A stretch of 64,000 bases of DNA from a virus: IMG/VR virus record IMGVR_UViG_3300025168_000067, positions 1-64,000 of that record. One strand, written 5' to 3'. Under the pieces are notes generated by a model, which had not been told where the DNA came from, made no database searches, and saw nothing but the letters and a program-made list of their open reading frames with translations. The translations under genes and the position numbers were made by a program. How positions within the stretch are numbered: position 1 is the first letter of the stretch; each line of letters opens with the position of its first letter. Shown here piece by piece: positions 46,563-56,089 of the stretch.

Positions 46563-46840
46563 ACCGCAAGACCCGGAGAGCAATGGAAAGGGAAGTGGGA
46601 CAAGATTCCACAGAAAATCTTACCCAAAAAATTTCCCAATTTGGTAAGCTACCATCGCAATGTTCCGCATGCAAAGAACCATTTGACAAGCAAAACCGTG
46701 AAATGTTAGCATCATGGAGCGTTGTAGTGAAACAAGAAACAGTGCGATTATTCTGTCCGCACTGCATTAAGAGAACACAGGAGGCAATTGATAATGTCAG
46801 TGAAAAGATTAACAACACCGTCGCTTCAGAAACTGATTAG
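46559..46840 (+). CDS. Small zinc-finger protein
   Basis: CSAC..CPHC. Confidence 0.7.
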   Translation: MNRKTRRAMEREVGQDSTENLTQKISQFGKLPSQCSACKEPFDKQNREMLASWSVVVKQETVRLFCPHCIKRTQEAIDNVSEKINNTVASETD

Positions 46841-47159
46841 TGGCAAGATAGAAGAGAGCGCCACGTGCGTCATAAAGTTTTATTCGAGTGGGTGCAATTA
46901 TTGCCACAACTTGAAAGAATATTATGAGGATATATCAAACAATGAAAATTATTCCGGCATGCACTTTTTCGCATTTAATGTGGATGACTATCCGCAAATA
47001 GAGCAGCAACTAAAGTTTACCGGTGTCCCAACCATTTCATTAATCAGGACCGGTCACAAGAATCAAAAGATTCGAATAATGCCAGAGCCAGAAAACCCAA
47101 ATGAAAAGACGTGGTATGCGTCGAATGACATTAAAAAGTTTATCGAGAGAAACGAATGA
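46794..47159 (+). CDS. Thioredoxin-like protein
   Basis: KFY..GCNYC, GVPT. Confidence 0.85.
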   Translation: MSVKRLTTPSLQKLISGKIEESATCVIKFYSSGCNYCHNLKEYYEDISNNENYSGMHFFAFNVDDYPQIEQQLKFTGVPTISLIRTGHKNQKIRIMPEPENPNEKTWYASNDIKKFIERNE

Positions 47160-48187
47160 ATAATTGCTTATCATATGATGACGTACTGCTTGTCCCAAAA
47201 TACTCCGACATTCGATCACGCAGCGAGATCAATATTTCGACCGATCTGGGAAAAAATCTTGTATTAGAGTTACCCATCATTGCCTCACCAATGGACACTA
47301 TCTCGGAGTCCCCAATGGCAATCGTTATGTCAAAACATGGCGGTGCAGCTGTACTCCATCGATATAACAGCATCACCGAACAAGCAAGGATGAATTCTTA
47401 TGCGCGAGACGCGTCAAAAGAAGACAATCCGATCGTCGGCGCCGCTATCGGAACTACCGGCGATTACATCGAGCGCGCTGCAGCCCTAGTTGCAACTGGT
47501 GTTACGTTCTTGTGTGTCGACGTGGCCCATGGTCACCATATTTTGATGCGGGAAGCACTCGGTGCCTTACGAGTCGCATTCGGTGATGACATCCACATCA
47601 TGGCCGGCAACGTCGCCACTCTCGAAGGGGTTAATGACCTCGCGGACTGGGGAGCAGATAGCGTACGCTGCAACATTGGTGGTGGGTCTATCTGTTCCAC
47701 TCGCATTCAAACAGGGCATGGCATGCCGGGTCTTCAGACTGTGATTGAGTGCGCTAAAACTGACCGCAACGTTAAAATTATTGCCGACGGCGGGATCCGT
47801 AACTCCGGAGACATCGTAAAGGCCTTGGCCGCTGGTGCTGACGCTGTAATGTGTGGCTCTCTGTTGGCCGGCACTAACGAGACACCTGGCAAAGTTATCG
47901 ACGATGGCTCTGGCAATAGGTGGAAGGTATACCGTGGTATGGCTTCGAAGGAAGCCCAGGTCGAGTGGCGAGGCAAATTCTCATCGTTTGAGGGTGTCTC
48001 CTCCACCGTACCATATCGAGGTGGTGTTAAACATATACTAGCAGACCTTGAGCGAGGTATCCGTTCTGGCTTATCATACAGTGGCGCTAGAACTATCTCA
48101 GAATTCCACAGCGTAGCAGAGTTCGTTCAACAAACATCTTCTGGATTATCTGAGAGCCACACTCATATTGTTGGGCGGAAGTGGTGA
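47156..48187 (+). CDS. IMP dehydrogenase/GMP reductase family protein (no CBS domain)
   Basis: [30 protein letters not shown]. Confidence 0.92.
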   Translation: MNNCLSYDDVLLVPKYSDIRSRSEINISTDLGKNLVLELPIIASPMDTISESPMAIVMSKHGGAAVLHRYNSITEQARMNSYARDASKEDNPIVGAAIGTTGDYIERAAALVATGVTFLCVDVAHGHHILMREALGALRVAFGDDIHIMAGNVATLEGVNDLADWGADSVRCNIGGGSICSTRIQTGHGMPGLQTVIECAKTDRNVKIIADGGIRNSGDIVKALAAGADAVMCGSLLAGTNETPGKVIDDGSGNRWKVYRGMASKEAQVEWRGKFSSFEGVSSTVPYRGGVKHILADLERGIRSGLSYSGARTISEFHSVAEFVQQTSSGLSESHTHIVGRKW

Positions 48188-48540
48188 CCGTTAAAAAAAG
48201 AAATGATGATGGTTTAGAACATGGTGAGTATGGGGGTCTCTCTAAGAGAGTTGCTTTCGACATAACCGACCACAAGCAGGCAAAACTCATTATTAAACTA
48301 AAGAATGAAAGAATGACGCAAGCCGGCTTCTTTCGGCACATTGTAAATGGATATATTGGTGGCGATGAAAGGATTTTGGACTACATCGATGAAGTTAAGA
48401 AAAAGAAAAGCGTACCAAGAACAGAGAAATCAAAGAAACTAAGAGGGATGGGGAAAAAAATAATGAATGACCTGGCTTTAAACGATGGAGAAATAGAAAA
48501 TATATTTGATCTACTATCGCGCGAGCACCCTGACTTATGA
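48181..48540 (+). CDS. Putative DNA-binding protein (ribbon-helix-helix-like)
   Basis: RVAFDITD followed by two predicted helices; the start position is uncertain. Confidence 0.45.
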   Translation: MVTVKKRNDDGLEHGEYGGLSKRVAFDITDHKQAKLIIKLKNERMTQAGFFRHIVNGYIGGDERILDYIDEVKKKKSVPRTEKSKKLRGMGKKIMNDLALNDGEIENIFDLLSREHPDL

Positions 48541-48800
48541 GATCAAAAGATGGCTTACGGCCGTGTGCTAGGGTGTGCCGCGAGAAGAATAAGAACTGCA
48601 CAAAGACGGAATGTAGAATGTGGATAGAGCATTCCGCTGACTATAACTGCACACTTGTCGCAGTGTATGAGCATGGGAGGATGACGCTGAGAGAAGTGGC
48701 TGAACGAACTGGGGTTTCATTTGCGAGAATAAAACAAATAGAGTCCGCCGCCCTCAAGAAGCTAAAAAAACGTCTAGACATATCATCTTTGCTCTTTTGA
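48537..48800 (+). CDS. Stand-alone sigma70 region 4 HTH protein with Cys-rich N-terminus
   Basis: MTLREVAERTGVSFARIKQIESAALKKL; five Cys upstream. Confidence 0.8.
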   Translation: MRSKDGLRPCARVCREKNKNCTKTECRMWIEHSADYNCTLVAVYEHGRMTLREVAERTGVSFARIKQIESAALKKLKKRLDISSLLF

Positions 48801-48871
48801 AGGGATTTAACAAAGTTAGATACTATTTACAGTTGAGTTTAGATTTAAACAACGTCTTAGGAGAAAATAAA

Positions 48872-49522
48872 ATGGCTCGAAAAACACTTTTAACAGAGGG
48901 CGAAGTTCGCCAATTTATGAAACTGGCAAACCTTCCCGCTGTGGGCCAAAACAGGATCTCAGAAATGGGCCTTAACTTAGGTATTAATGAGGAGTTCCCC
49001 GGAGAGGAAGAGGAAGAGCTTGACTCGCCCCTTGGAGGACTTGAGGGTGACGAAATGGGCCCACCGACCGAGGACGAAGTACCACTCGATGACGAGCCCG
49101 AAGCCGTCGAGCTAGGAGATGCAGAGATGGATGTAGAGGGTTCTGAAGGTTCAGAGGCTGAAGAGATCGTGGCCAGAATCGCTCATGATCTTGAGATGTT
49201 AGCCGGCCTAGCCAATGTTGAAGTTGATGTACAGGATGATGCCGACTCGGATGTCGACGCGTCAGATGATATGGAAATGGATGCCGAGCCTGCCATGGAT
49301 GATATGGAGATGGGCATGGAAGACCCTGGCCCTGACCTGGCGCCCGAAGAAGAGGAAGAAGAGTTCCCCCCCGGCAGCCGCGGCATGTATGAGAACCAAG
49401 ATGCCATCGTCAATGAGGTCGCACGTAGAGTAGCAGCCCGTCTCGGAAAAACACAAAAGAAGGAGGCACTAGCTGATCAGCTAGCTGAGCGCATCCTTAA
49501 GAGACTTACCAAAACAAAATAA
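48872..49522 (+). CDS. Highly acidic putative internal head protein
   Basis: Late motif at 48822; N-terminus LLTEGEVRQFMKLANL; E/D-rich centre. Confidence 0.6.
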   Translation: MARKTLLTEGEVRQFMKLANLPAVGQNRISEMGLNLGINEEFPGEEEEELDSPLGGLEGDEMGPPTEDEVPLDDEPEAVELGDAEMDVEGSEGSEAEEIVARIAHDLEMLAGLANVEVDVQDDADSDVDASDDMEMDAEPAMDDMEMGMEDPGPDLAPEEEEEEFPPGSRGMYENQDAIVNEVARRVAARLGKTQKKEALADQLAERILKRLTKTK

Positions 49523-49523
49523 C

Positions 49524-49552
49524 TTGACACTGACACAGAGTTAGGTTATAAT
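49524..49552 (+). promoter_or_regulatory. Consensus sigma70 promoter
   Basis: TTGACA-N17-TATAAT. Confidence 0.9.
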
Positions 49553-49554
49553 AT

Positions 49555-49588
49555 AAGAGCCGCTGGACTACCGGCGGCTCTTCTTTTT
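49555..49588 (+). terminator. Intrinsic terminator-like hairpin overlapping the predicted transcription start
   Basis: AAGAGCCGCTGG-ACTA-CCGGCGGCTCTT followed by CTTTTT. Confidence 0.7.
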
Positions 49589-49598
49589 GGGGCTTTTT

Positions 49599-50000
49599 AT
49601 GACATATTGGTGGATGTACATACTAATGTTTGTGTTTGGGTACATGACCCACAAGACATTCTATTTTATGCGATCAACTCGACTTTCTATTATGTTAGTT
49701 AAGATGGCGCACGTGATTTATCTAACTTCGCTTATAAAATCGATAGAGCATATGACTTATGCCCGCGAATTAGTGTTGGAGAGCCTAATTAAAACTGAGA
49801 GGAATGCTACACAAATAAGCATCTTCGAGAAAAGGTATGGCGAGGACGTTAAACATTTTAAAACAAAGGCGATCAAAACTCTCATCCATGCTCACCCACC
49901 ATTCTACCTCAACATGCTTGAGTTTGATGACTGGGCCAGCGCGATGACATACCTGCAGAATAATAAAAAAACAGCACTAGCATTTTGGGAGAGAATTTAA
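49599..50000 (+). CDS. Hypothetical protein with N-terminal hydrophobic segment
   Basis: ORF downstream of the promoter. Confidence 0.65.
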   Translation: MTYWWMYILMFVFGYMTHKTFYFMRSTRLSIMLVKMAHVIYLTSLIKSIEHMTYARELVLESLIKTERNATQISIFEKRYGEDVKHFKTKAIKTLIHAHPPFYLNMLEFDDWASAMTYLQNNKKTALAFWERI

Positions 50001-50002
50001 TA

Positions 50003-50695
50003 GTGATAAATAAAATCAAAAAGATTATCAAAACAATTTTAGCAGAAGAAGAACAACAGAAGCCGCCGGCCCAACCTCCCTCACCAGACGAAGAGGCCGC
50101 AGCTGTAGAAGAGCTATTAGGGCAGATGCTTGTAGTAGGAGGTGGCGCCCCAGCAAAGGCCGAGCCGGACCTACGGCTCATTGGGTTGTTCTGTGAAGTA
50201 ACTGATGAGAAGATTGCAGAGCTGGTTCATGCTTTGCTATATCTAAACGAGCAAAACAAATTATTGGAAGAGAAAGAAAGAAAGCCGGTTGAGTTTTATA
50301 TCTCAACATATGGCGGCAGTGCGGACGATATGTTCGCCCTATATGATGTGATGAAGATGGTAGAACAGGAGATGGAAATCCACACCATTGGCATGGGTAA
50401 AGTAATGTCAGCAGGTGTGCCACTTTTAGCGGCGGGAACTAAGGGCAAGCGTAAGATAGGAAAGAACTGCCGAGTGATGATCCACTCTGTTATCGCAGGC
50501 CAACATGGCGCGCTTCATAACTTGCTGAATGAGATGGAAGCAATCGAGCAAATACAAAAAATGTACATCAACTGCCTGGTCGAAAACACCAGCATGACTA
50601 AAAAGGACGTTAAAAATATGCTAGAACGCAATGTTAATGTCTATTTATCAGCAGAAGAAGCTGTAGAATTAGGTATAGCTGACATAATTATCTGA
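50003..50695 (+). CDS. clpP: Second ClpP-family protein
   Basis: STYGG, VMSAG, MIHS, YLSAEEAVELGIAD; a GTG start was chosen. Confidence 0.88.
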   Translation: MINKIKKIIKTILAEEEQQKPPAQPPSPDEEAAAVEELLGQMLVVGGGAPAKAEPDLRLIGLFCEVTDEKIAELVHALLYLNEQNKLLEEKERKPVEFYISTYGGSADDMFALYDVMKMVEQEMEIHTIGMGKVMSAGVPLLAAGTKGKRKIGKNCRVMIHSVIAGQHGALHNLLNEMEAIEQIQKMYINCLVENTSMTKKDVKNMLERNVNVYLSAEEAVELGIADIII

Positions 50696-50705
50696 GGTTT
50701 TTAAC

Positions 50706-52406
50706 ATGGACGATTTGAGAAATATATTAAAAGAAGAGTACAACAAGAAGGCAAATATTGTCGATGTTAAAACATTGATGGAGATGGTGGAAGAGGTGAT
50801 GGCGCTTCCATTCGCAGTCGCAGGGATGCAGATCCACGAAGAACAGGGATCCGCAAAGCCAAAAGTACGCACCTATCATATCTCAGAAATCCCCATGATT
50901 CCGATTTCAGAACTGGGGTGGGCAAATGCGGATGACGACGCAGAATCTGACGATCCCAACGCTCCACCATCCCAGCGCCAAGGTTTGGAACAATATCTCG
51001 CTAAGATTCCTGGTACCGGATTCGAAGACAAACTTAATGCTGTCTCAGGCATCATGGAAAAAGGTATCAATTCCATCCCGAGAGACAACCCCAAAGAGTT
51101 TATTCAGCAAGCCATGGCATACTTGGTATTTTATAAGACACTAACGATGGCAATTACAAACTTTAACGCATCTGCTGCCGGCTTCAACTTTGAAGCATTT
51201 CTTGCGGCATTGATGCAAGGAAGGCAAATCCCCGCCGGCGGCGCCAAGACTATCGCTGATATCACTGCCAACGTAGATGGGGAAAGAATCCCAGTCAGTC
51301 TTAAGTTATATACTGACAAGGGGCTTGAAGTCGGAGGCAGCTTCTTTGACTTGTGTAACGATATGCTCGAACCTAACGCTGAGTGGGCTGCATGGACAGG
51401 TACAAACCCCGAATTTGAAGGCGGGGCCATGAGGTACATAGCATGCACCAAGACTTTAAATGGCGACGGTGTTGAACAAGAGGGCCATATCGATTTTTAT
51501 CAGTTCGACATCACACGCAAAAATCTATTTGAATTGTTGTCCGTAACAGACGCCGGCCGTAAAGCAATATTGTCGAATACGAATTTTATGGCAGCTTTGA
51601 CTGAATACATGAAAACTGGAGAACAAACCGACTCACTTAATTGGGCAGACAATATGCCTGCTCGTAGTGACACCAGTGATTCCGCAGAGATTTCTAGTTT
51701 GTGGTCTGATTATCTTTCTAAGACCGATTTGTCCTCTATGCGAAAAGCAGGAGTCAGCGAGGAGCAAGAGAAAACGATCCTTAACACACTGGTTAAGATG
51801 TATATGGACAACATAGAAGCGACCCAAAGCGCCAATACACTTGCTGCGGACGGCGCCCTCGCCGCGCAGATTGCGTTAGCTCTCAATAGCGATCCTTCTC
51901 AGGAGGATAAAATCATGGCTAGAGACATTAGAAATAAAATTGTTAAACCTCTTTTCGCACAATTTAAGAAAGATGTTATAAGAAGTCGCGATGCTCGCGG
52001 TCAGTTTCTCGACAAGTCGGGAGAGTGGGTCACGGGCACTCCAGTGGTGGAGTGGTACAATTCTTTAACGCCCGAACTTAAGGCTATGGCAATTAAAAAT
52101 ACCAAAGGATATTTAACTCACTCTCACTGGGTTTTATCAAGAGGCGCAACAATCAGGCTTGGAGGAGGCTCACCTTTCGCTAAATTAGATATTGGGGCCG
52201 CGGCCGTTATGAGGGTGCTAGAATCAGCCCGCGGCGAACTTATGGATGAAGTATTTGGCATTTTTGATCAGGTATCAGCTATGTCTGATAGTCTTAATGC
52301 GTTTTTCGCCAATGGGCTACAGGAACCGCAACAAGCTAGCCAAGCTGCTCATTCTGCCGATGCGGTTGGCACCGACACTAGAAAAATTGCCGGCATTGAT
52401 AAATAA
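50706..52406 (+). CDS. Putative head-packaged protein with PD-(D/E)xK-like domain
   Basis: GFNFEAFL..IADI..VSLK; N-terminus ILKEE, C-terminus RKIAGI; late motif at 50641. Confidence 0.5.
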   Translation: MDDLRNILKEEYNKKANIVDVKTLMEMVEEVMALPFAVAGMQIHEEQGSAKPKVRTYHISEIPMIPISELGWANADDDAESDDPNAPPSQRQGLEQYLAKIPGTGFEDKLNAVSGIMEKGINSIPRDNPKEFIQQAMAYLVFYKTLTMAITNFNASAAGFNFEAFLAALMQGRQIPAGGAKTIADITANVDGERIPVSLKLYTDKGLEVGGSFFDLCNDMLEPNAEWAAWTGTNPEFEGGAMRYIACTKTLNGDGVEQEGHIDFYQFDITRKNLFELLSVTDAGRKAILSNTNFMAALTEYMKTGEQTDSLNWADNMPARSDTSDSAEISSLWSDYLSKTDLSSMRKAGVSEEQEKTILNTLVKMYMDNIEATQSANTLAADGALAAQIALALNSDPSQEDKIMARDIRNKIVKPLFAQFKKDVIRSRDARGQFLDKSGEWVTGTPVVEWYNSLTPELKAMAIKNTKGYLTHSHWVLSRGATIRLGGGSPFAKLDIGAAAVMRVLESARGELMDEVFGIFDQVSAMSDSLNAFFANGLQEPQQASQAAHSADAVGTDTRKIAGIDK

Positions 52407-52409
52407 CAT

Positions 52410-52438
52410 TTGACATTCTCCATACAATCGATTATAAT
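52410..52438 (+). promoter_or_regulatory. Consensus sigma70 promoter
   Basis: TTGACA-N17-TATAAT. Confidence 0.9.
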
Positions 52439-52461
52439 ACTAACATAACTTAGAGGCATTA

Positions 52462-54045
52462 ATGAGTCGAGCATACGACGACAATCAAACATTGCAACAG
52501 AAAATTATTACTGGTGCCAACAAACTAGCAGACAATGTAGCATCAACGCTGGGGCCGCGCGGAAGAAACGTTCTTTTGCAAGAGAAGGGACAGCAACCTT
52601 TTATTACAAAGGACGGCGTTACCGTTGCGGCTTTCGTCGCTTGCGAGGATCCTTTCGAGAATGCTGCCGTCCAGATAATCAAACAAGCAGCAGTCGAGAC
52701 AAATAACAGCGCTGGTGATGGAACTACGACCGCGACTGTGTTAGCCCGGGCAATCTTGCGAGAGTCTCAAAGATTTATCGCATCAGGGGTCTCACCGACT
52801 GAACTACAGCGTGGTATTAATTTGGCCGCGAAAGAGGTGTCACACAACTTGAGAGACGTTGCTACCCCAATCACAAGCCTGGATGACATTGAACACGTGG
52901 CAACCATCTCTGCCAACAATGATCGTTCTATTGGCAAACTAATATCGATAGCGGTAGATCGCGTTGGGCAGGACGGCTCTATTACCATCGAGGAGTCGCG
53001 ATCCCTTGAAACATCACTTGATGTAACAGAAGGGTTTAAGTTAAGGGCCGGCTACTGTGCTAACGCATTCATCACAGATGAGCGCCGGTCAATTATGCAT
53101 CATGATGAACCGTTGATATTAGTGACCGACTACAAGATCTCAGCAGTTGAGCAGGTTCTTCCAGTGTTGGAAATGTGTGCTCGCGAAGGTCGCCCATTGG
53201 TCATCGTGGCGGAGGATATCGAGGGACAAGCGTTAGCAGCACTCATCATGAACGCAATGCGCGGCACTCTAAAGATCGCTGGTATTAAAGCGCCCCACTA
53301 CGGTGAGGAACGAAGGGACACCCTCGATGATTTGTCAGCCTCGACAGGGGCCACATTCATTACACGAGAATCAGGTATTAAGCTTTCCGATGTGGAAATG
53401 AAACACCTGGGTTCCGCGAAGTTCATCGAAAGCGCCAAGCACCAGACAACTATTGTTGGTGGAAATAGTGATGTTGAAGCAGTCGATATGCGTATTGAAA
53501 CATTGAAAGCCGCGATAGAACAAACTGAGTCTTTACAAGAAGCCGACCACATCCAAAACCGCATTGTTCGGTTGGCATCTGGTGTTGCGGTCATTCGCGT
53601 CGGAGGTTCGACAGAAGTTGAAATGACCGAGCGCAAACATCGGGTTGAGGATGCTCTTGAAGCAGTCAAATCAGCCCAAGAAGAAGGTATTGTACCTGGC
53701 GGTGGCACTGCTTTGCTGCGAGCGTCAAGAAGCATTGCAATCGTTACTGGCGATGGCACAAGCGATCAGGGTTTGGGCGCCATAGTGGTGCAGAAAGCAT
53801 GTGAGGAGCCCATTAGACAAATGGCTCTCAATGCCGGTGAGTCTCCGGATCTTATAGTGTCCGAGGTCATGGCCAGCGATCAAGGTTTTGGCTGGAACTT
53901 CCGAACAAACGAACTTGTGTGTTTAACGACTGCCGGCATTATCGACCCAGTGAAAGTTACACGAGTTGCTTTACAAAACGCCGCCAGTTGTGCCGGCACC
54001 CTTATCACAACTAATTTTGGTATTATCCAAACGGAAGATAAATGA
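52462..54045 (+). CDS. groEL: Chaperonin GroEL
   Basis: TLGPRGRNV, ITKDGVTVA, GDGTTT, GIVPGGG, GIIDP; no GGM tail. Confidence 0.96.
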   Translation: MSRAYDDNQTLQQKIITGANKLADNVASTLGPRGRNVLLQEKGQQPFITKDGVTVAAFVACEDPFENAAVQIIKQAAVETNNSAGDGTTTATVLARAILRESQRFIASGVSPTELQRGINLAAKEVSHNLRDVATPITSLDDIEHVATISANNDRSIGKLISIAVDRVGQDGSITIEESRSLETSLDVTEGFKLRAGYCANAFITDERRSIMHHDEPLILVTDYKISAVEQVLPVLEMCAREGRPLVIVAEDIEGQALAALIMNAMRGTLKIAGIKAPHYGEERRDTLDDLSASTGATFITRESGIKLSDVEMKHLGSAKFIESAKHQTTIVGGNSDVEAVDMRIETLKAAIEQTESLQEADHIQNRIVRLASGVAVIRVGGSTEVEMTERKHRVEDALEAVKSAQEEGIVPGGGTALLRASRSIAIVTGDGTSDQGLGAIVVQKACEEPIRQMALNAGESPDLIVSEVMASDQGFGWNFRTNELVCLTTAGIIDPVKVTRVALQNAASCAGTLITTNFGIIQTEDK

Positions 54046-54269
54046 TGCGAGGAGATTTAGTACACATCCCACAAGGGACTCAGCTCTTTGGTTTTGATAG
54101 TAAGCTGTTGGATAAAACAGAAAAGCCAATAGTAGGTGTGTTCATTGAGGATAACACTATCACTGCCGGCTGGCACGGAGGAACGTATACAATTTATGCC
54201 CGCGGGCAAGAAACCCTCGTGAAAAAAAGAGATGTATATCCAATGGGAGATAATAATGGGGTTAGTTAG
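54042..54269 (+). CDS. Small hypothetical protein (RGDLV, SH3/KOW-like)
   Basis: Starts MMRGDLVHI; ATGA-coupled. Confidence 0.6.
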   Translation: MMRGDLVHIPQGTQLFGFDSKLLDKTEKPIVGVFIEDNTITAGWHGGTYTIYARGQETLVKKRDVYPMGDNNGVS

Positions 54270-54552
54270 ACTAACAGAAGTATGCTCTAACGGGGCATGT
54301 ACAACACAACAAGACTATACACTGAAGGAGGTCTTTATTAATCCTGATCATGTGATTATGATTAGAGAAGAGGCCCGCCTGAAACAATTAAACGAGCAGG
54401 GGTTAATTAATACGGCACTAAGTGAGGGTCACGAGTTTTCGAAACTTACAATCAATAGGGGCAACACCGGCACAGAAATTGTGGTTGTGGGCGCGCCAAA
54501 CATAATAGAAACTATGCTAAATAAAAACAACAAGCAAATACTAAGGGGATAA
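54256..54552 (+). CDS. FlbD-like small protein
   Basis: LVRLT..VFINPDHVIMIRE resembles the FlbD family pattern. Confidence 0.5.
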   Translation: MGLVRLTEVCSNGACTTQQDYTLKEVFINPDHVIMIREEARLKQLNEQGLINTALSEGHEFSKLTINRGNTGTEIVVVGAPNIIETMLNKNNKQILRG

Positions 54553-54553
54553 A

Positions 54554-54985
54554 TTGTTAAAAGAAAGAGTTAATATTCAATATTCAATTGATATGGAAGA
54601 GTTACCACATGAAGTTTCTCGACTTCTGAGCAAGAGCAAGGAGGCAATCAAAAGCGTAATAAACGAACACATGGAAAAATTGTCATTCGCAGATGATTCT
54701 GAATTATTATCTATAAAGACTATAGAAATGATAGAGGACGCGAGAAGAGCCCTCTCTGCAGCCGACTATATTTTAAATGACACAACAAATATAATCGATG
54801 GGTTTGTGAGATACAAGATGGGCGACAAAAAAGAGCAGCCAACAGTAGAAGAAAAGCTCCCTGATATGCCGCCAGAGTTTCGAAATCCAGAGCTGTTATC
54901 AGATGACGTCACGATGGCTGAACTGCGTTCAAAAATTGAGAACTACAAGGCAACGACGTCGGGCCAGCCACCACCTACCCCATGA
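54554..54985 (+). CDS. Hypothetical protein
   Basis: Helical ORF coupled to its neighbours. Confidence 0.65.
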   Translation: MLKERVNIQYSIDMEELPHEVSRLLSKSKEAIKSVINEHMEKLSFADDSELLSIKTIEMIEDARRALSAADYILNDTTNIIDGFVRYKMGDKKEQPTVEEKLPDMPPEFRNPELLSDDVTMAELRSKIENYKATTSGQPPPTP

Positions 54986-55752
54986 GGTCTCCACTAAGAG
55001 ACCCTAATAAATTTAAATCTGCGCATGTGGTTAGGGAGATGACCCCATCCAGTGCAGTGATCTGTAGTTATTTATTTTTTGATGGAGCGATAGAGCTAAG
55101 TCTTATAGACAGTGAGAGGTTTGTAGTAGCACACACGAATAATTATACAGTAAGTGAATTTTGGGCATGTGCCAGATTTGATCCACACAGACTATCTCAA
55201 TTAATAAAACACATCAACAGCAATACAGAAGAAAAATTAATATATGCAATGCAAGAAAACTGGGCCAAATATAAGGATCCCTTTGTAAGATCTGCAATAT
55301 TCTATTTATTAAATAGATATTCTGGAACCTCTCAAATATCAGCCGGCCCTATTGAGTTTGAAAAAGTGAATCCAGTCTCTCTTAATCACATTAAGTCACT
55401 TAAAAAAATAAAGAATTTTCATCTAAACAGAACAAAAAGTGAAGATTTTTTGTTGGACATCGAACAAAGCTCGTCTGAAATTAATAACGATATGATTCTT
55501 ATTCCAGTTGGTAATTTTAATTATAACTTGTTTGATAAGGGAAAATCGACATCGCATGAGGCCACGGCGATTAATCATGGGGATTTGGCGGATGTTTTTC
55601 GTTCATTAAAGAAAAAGTCCGTAATGATATATAAAAATCATAGGGAATTATACGATCTTTACAAAACCAATAATCTTACCATGGTCGACACACGTGGTAA
55701 CAAAACCACCGATCATGAACGGTGCGAGGACTTAATAATTGCCAACTTCTAA
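54982..55752 (+). CDS. Catalytically degenerate Dam (D12-class) methyltransferase homologue
   Basis: SPLR, RSAIFYLLNRYS and LIIANF match Dam. The FxGxG motif appears as FFDGA and DPPY is absent. Confidence 0.65.
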   Translation: MRSPLRDPNKFKSAHVVREMTPSSAVICSYLFFDGAIELSLIDSERFVVAHTNNYTVSEFWACARFDPHRLSQLIKHINSNTEEKLIYAMQENWAKYKDPFVRSAIFYLLNRYSGTSQISAGPIEFEKVNPVSLNHIKSLKKIKNFHLNRTKSEDFLLDIEQSSSEINNDMILIPVGNFNYNLFDKGKSTSHEATAINHGDLADVFRSLKKKSVMIYKNHRELYDLYKTNNLTMVDTRGNKTTDHERCEDLIIANF

Positions 55753-56089
55753 CCTGCTCTTTGCGTGCTCCCTGTTTGCTTTGGGGCAAACAATGGCGTG
55801 GTTTCAAATCAACTCACAGTTTGTGTGGGATTGGTGGCGTGACAAGCCTGTGTTGGCCGTCGCATTGTTTGGTTTTCCGGTTGGGCTATGTTTCTTATAT
55901 GGTGTAAGAATAGCTTATGAGGAAATGGGACAGATTTGGGGGCCACGATTTCTCATATTTAGCATGTCCTACCTCACCTTTCCGTTGCTCACTTGGTATT
56001 TTATGGATGAATCAATGTTCACAGCCAAAACAATGACTTGTGTATTCTTATCATTTATGATTGTGGCAGTTCAATTGTTATGGAAGTGA
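55739..56089 (+). CDS. Small multi-pass membrane protein (DMT/SMR-like)
   Basis: About four hydrophobic helices in 116 aa. Confidence 0.6.
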   Translation: MPTSNLLFACSLFALGQTMAWFQINSQFVWDWWRDKPVLAVALFGFPVGLCFLYGVRIAYEEMGQIWGPRFLIFSMSYLTFPLLTWYFMDESMFTAKTMTCVFLSFMIVAVQLLWK

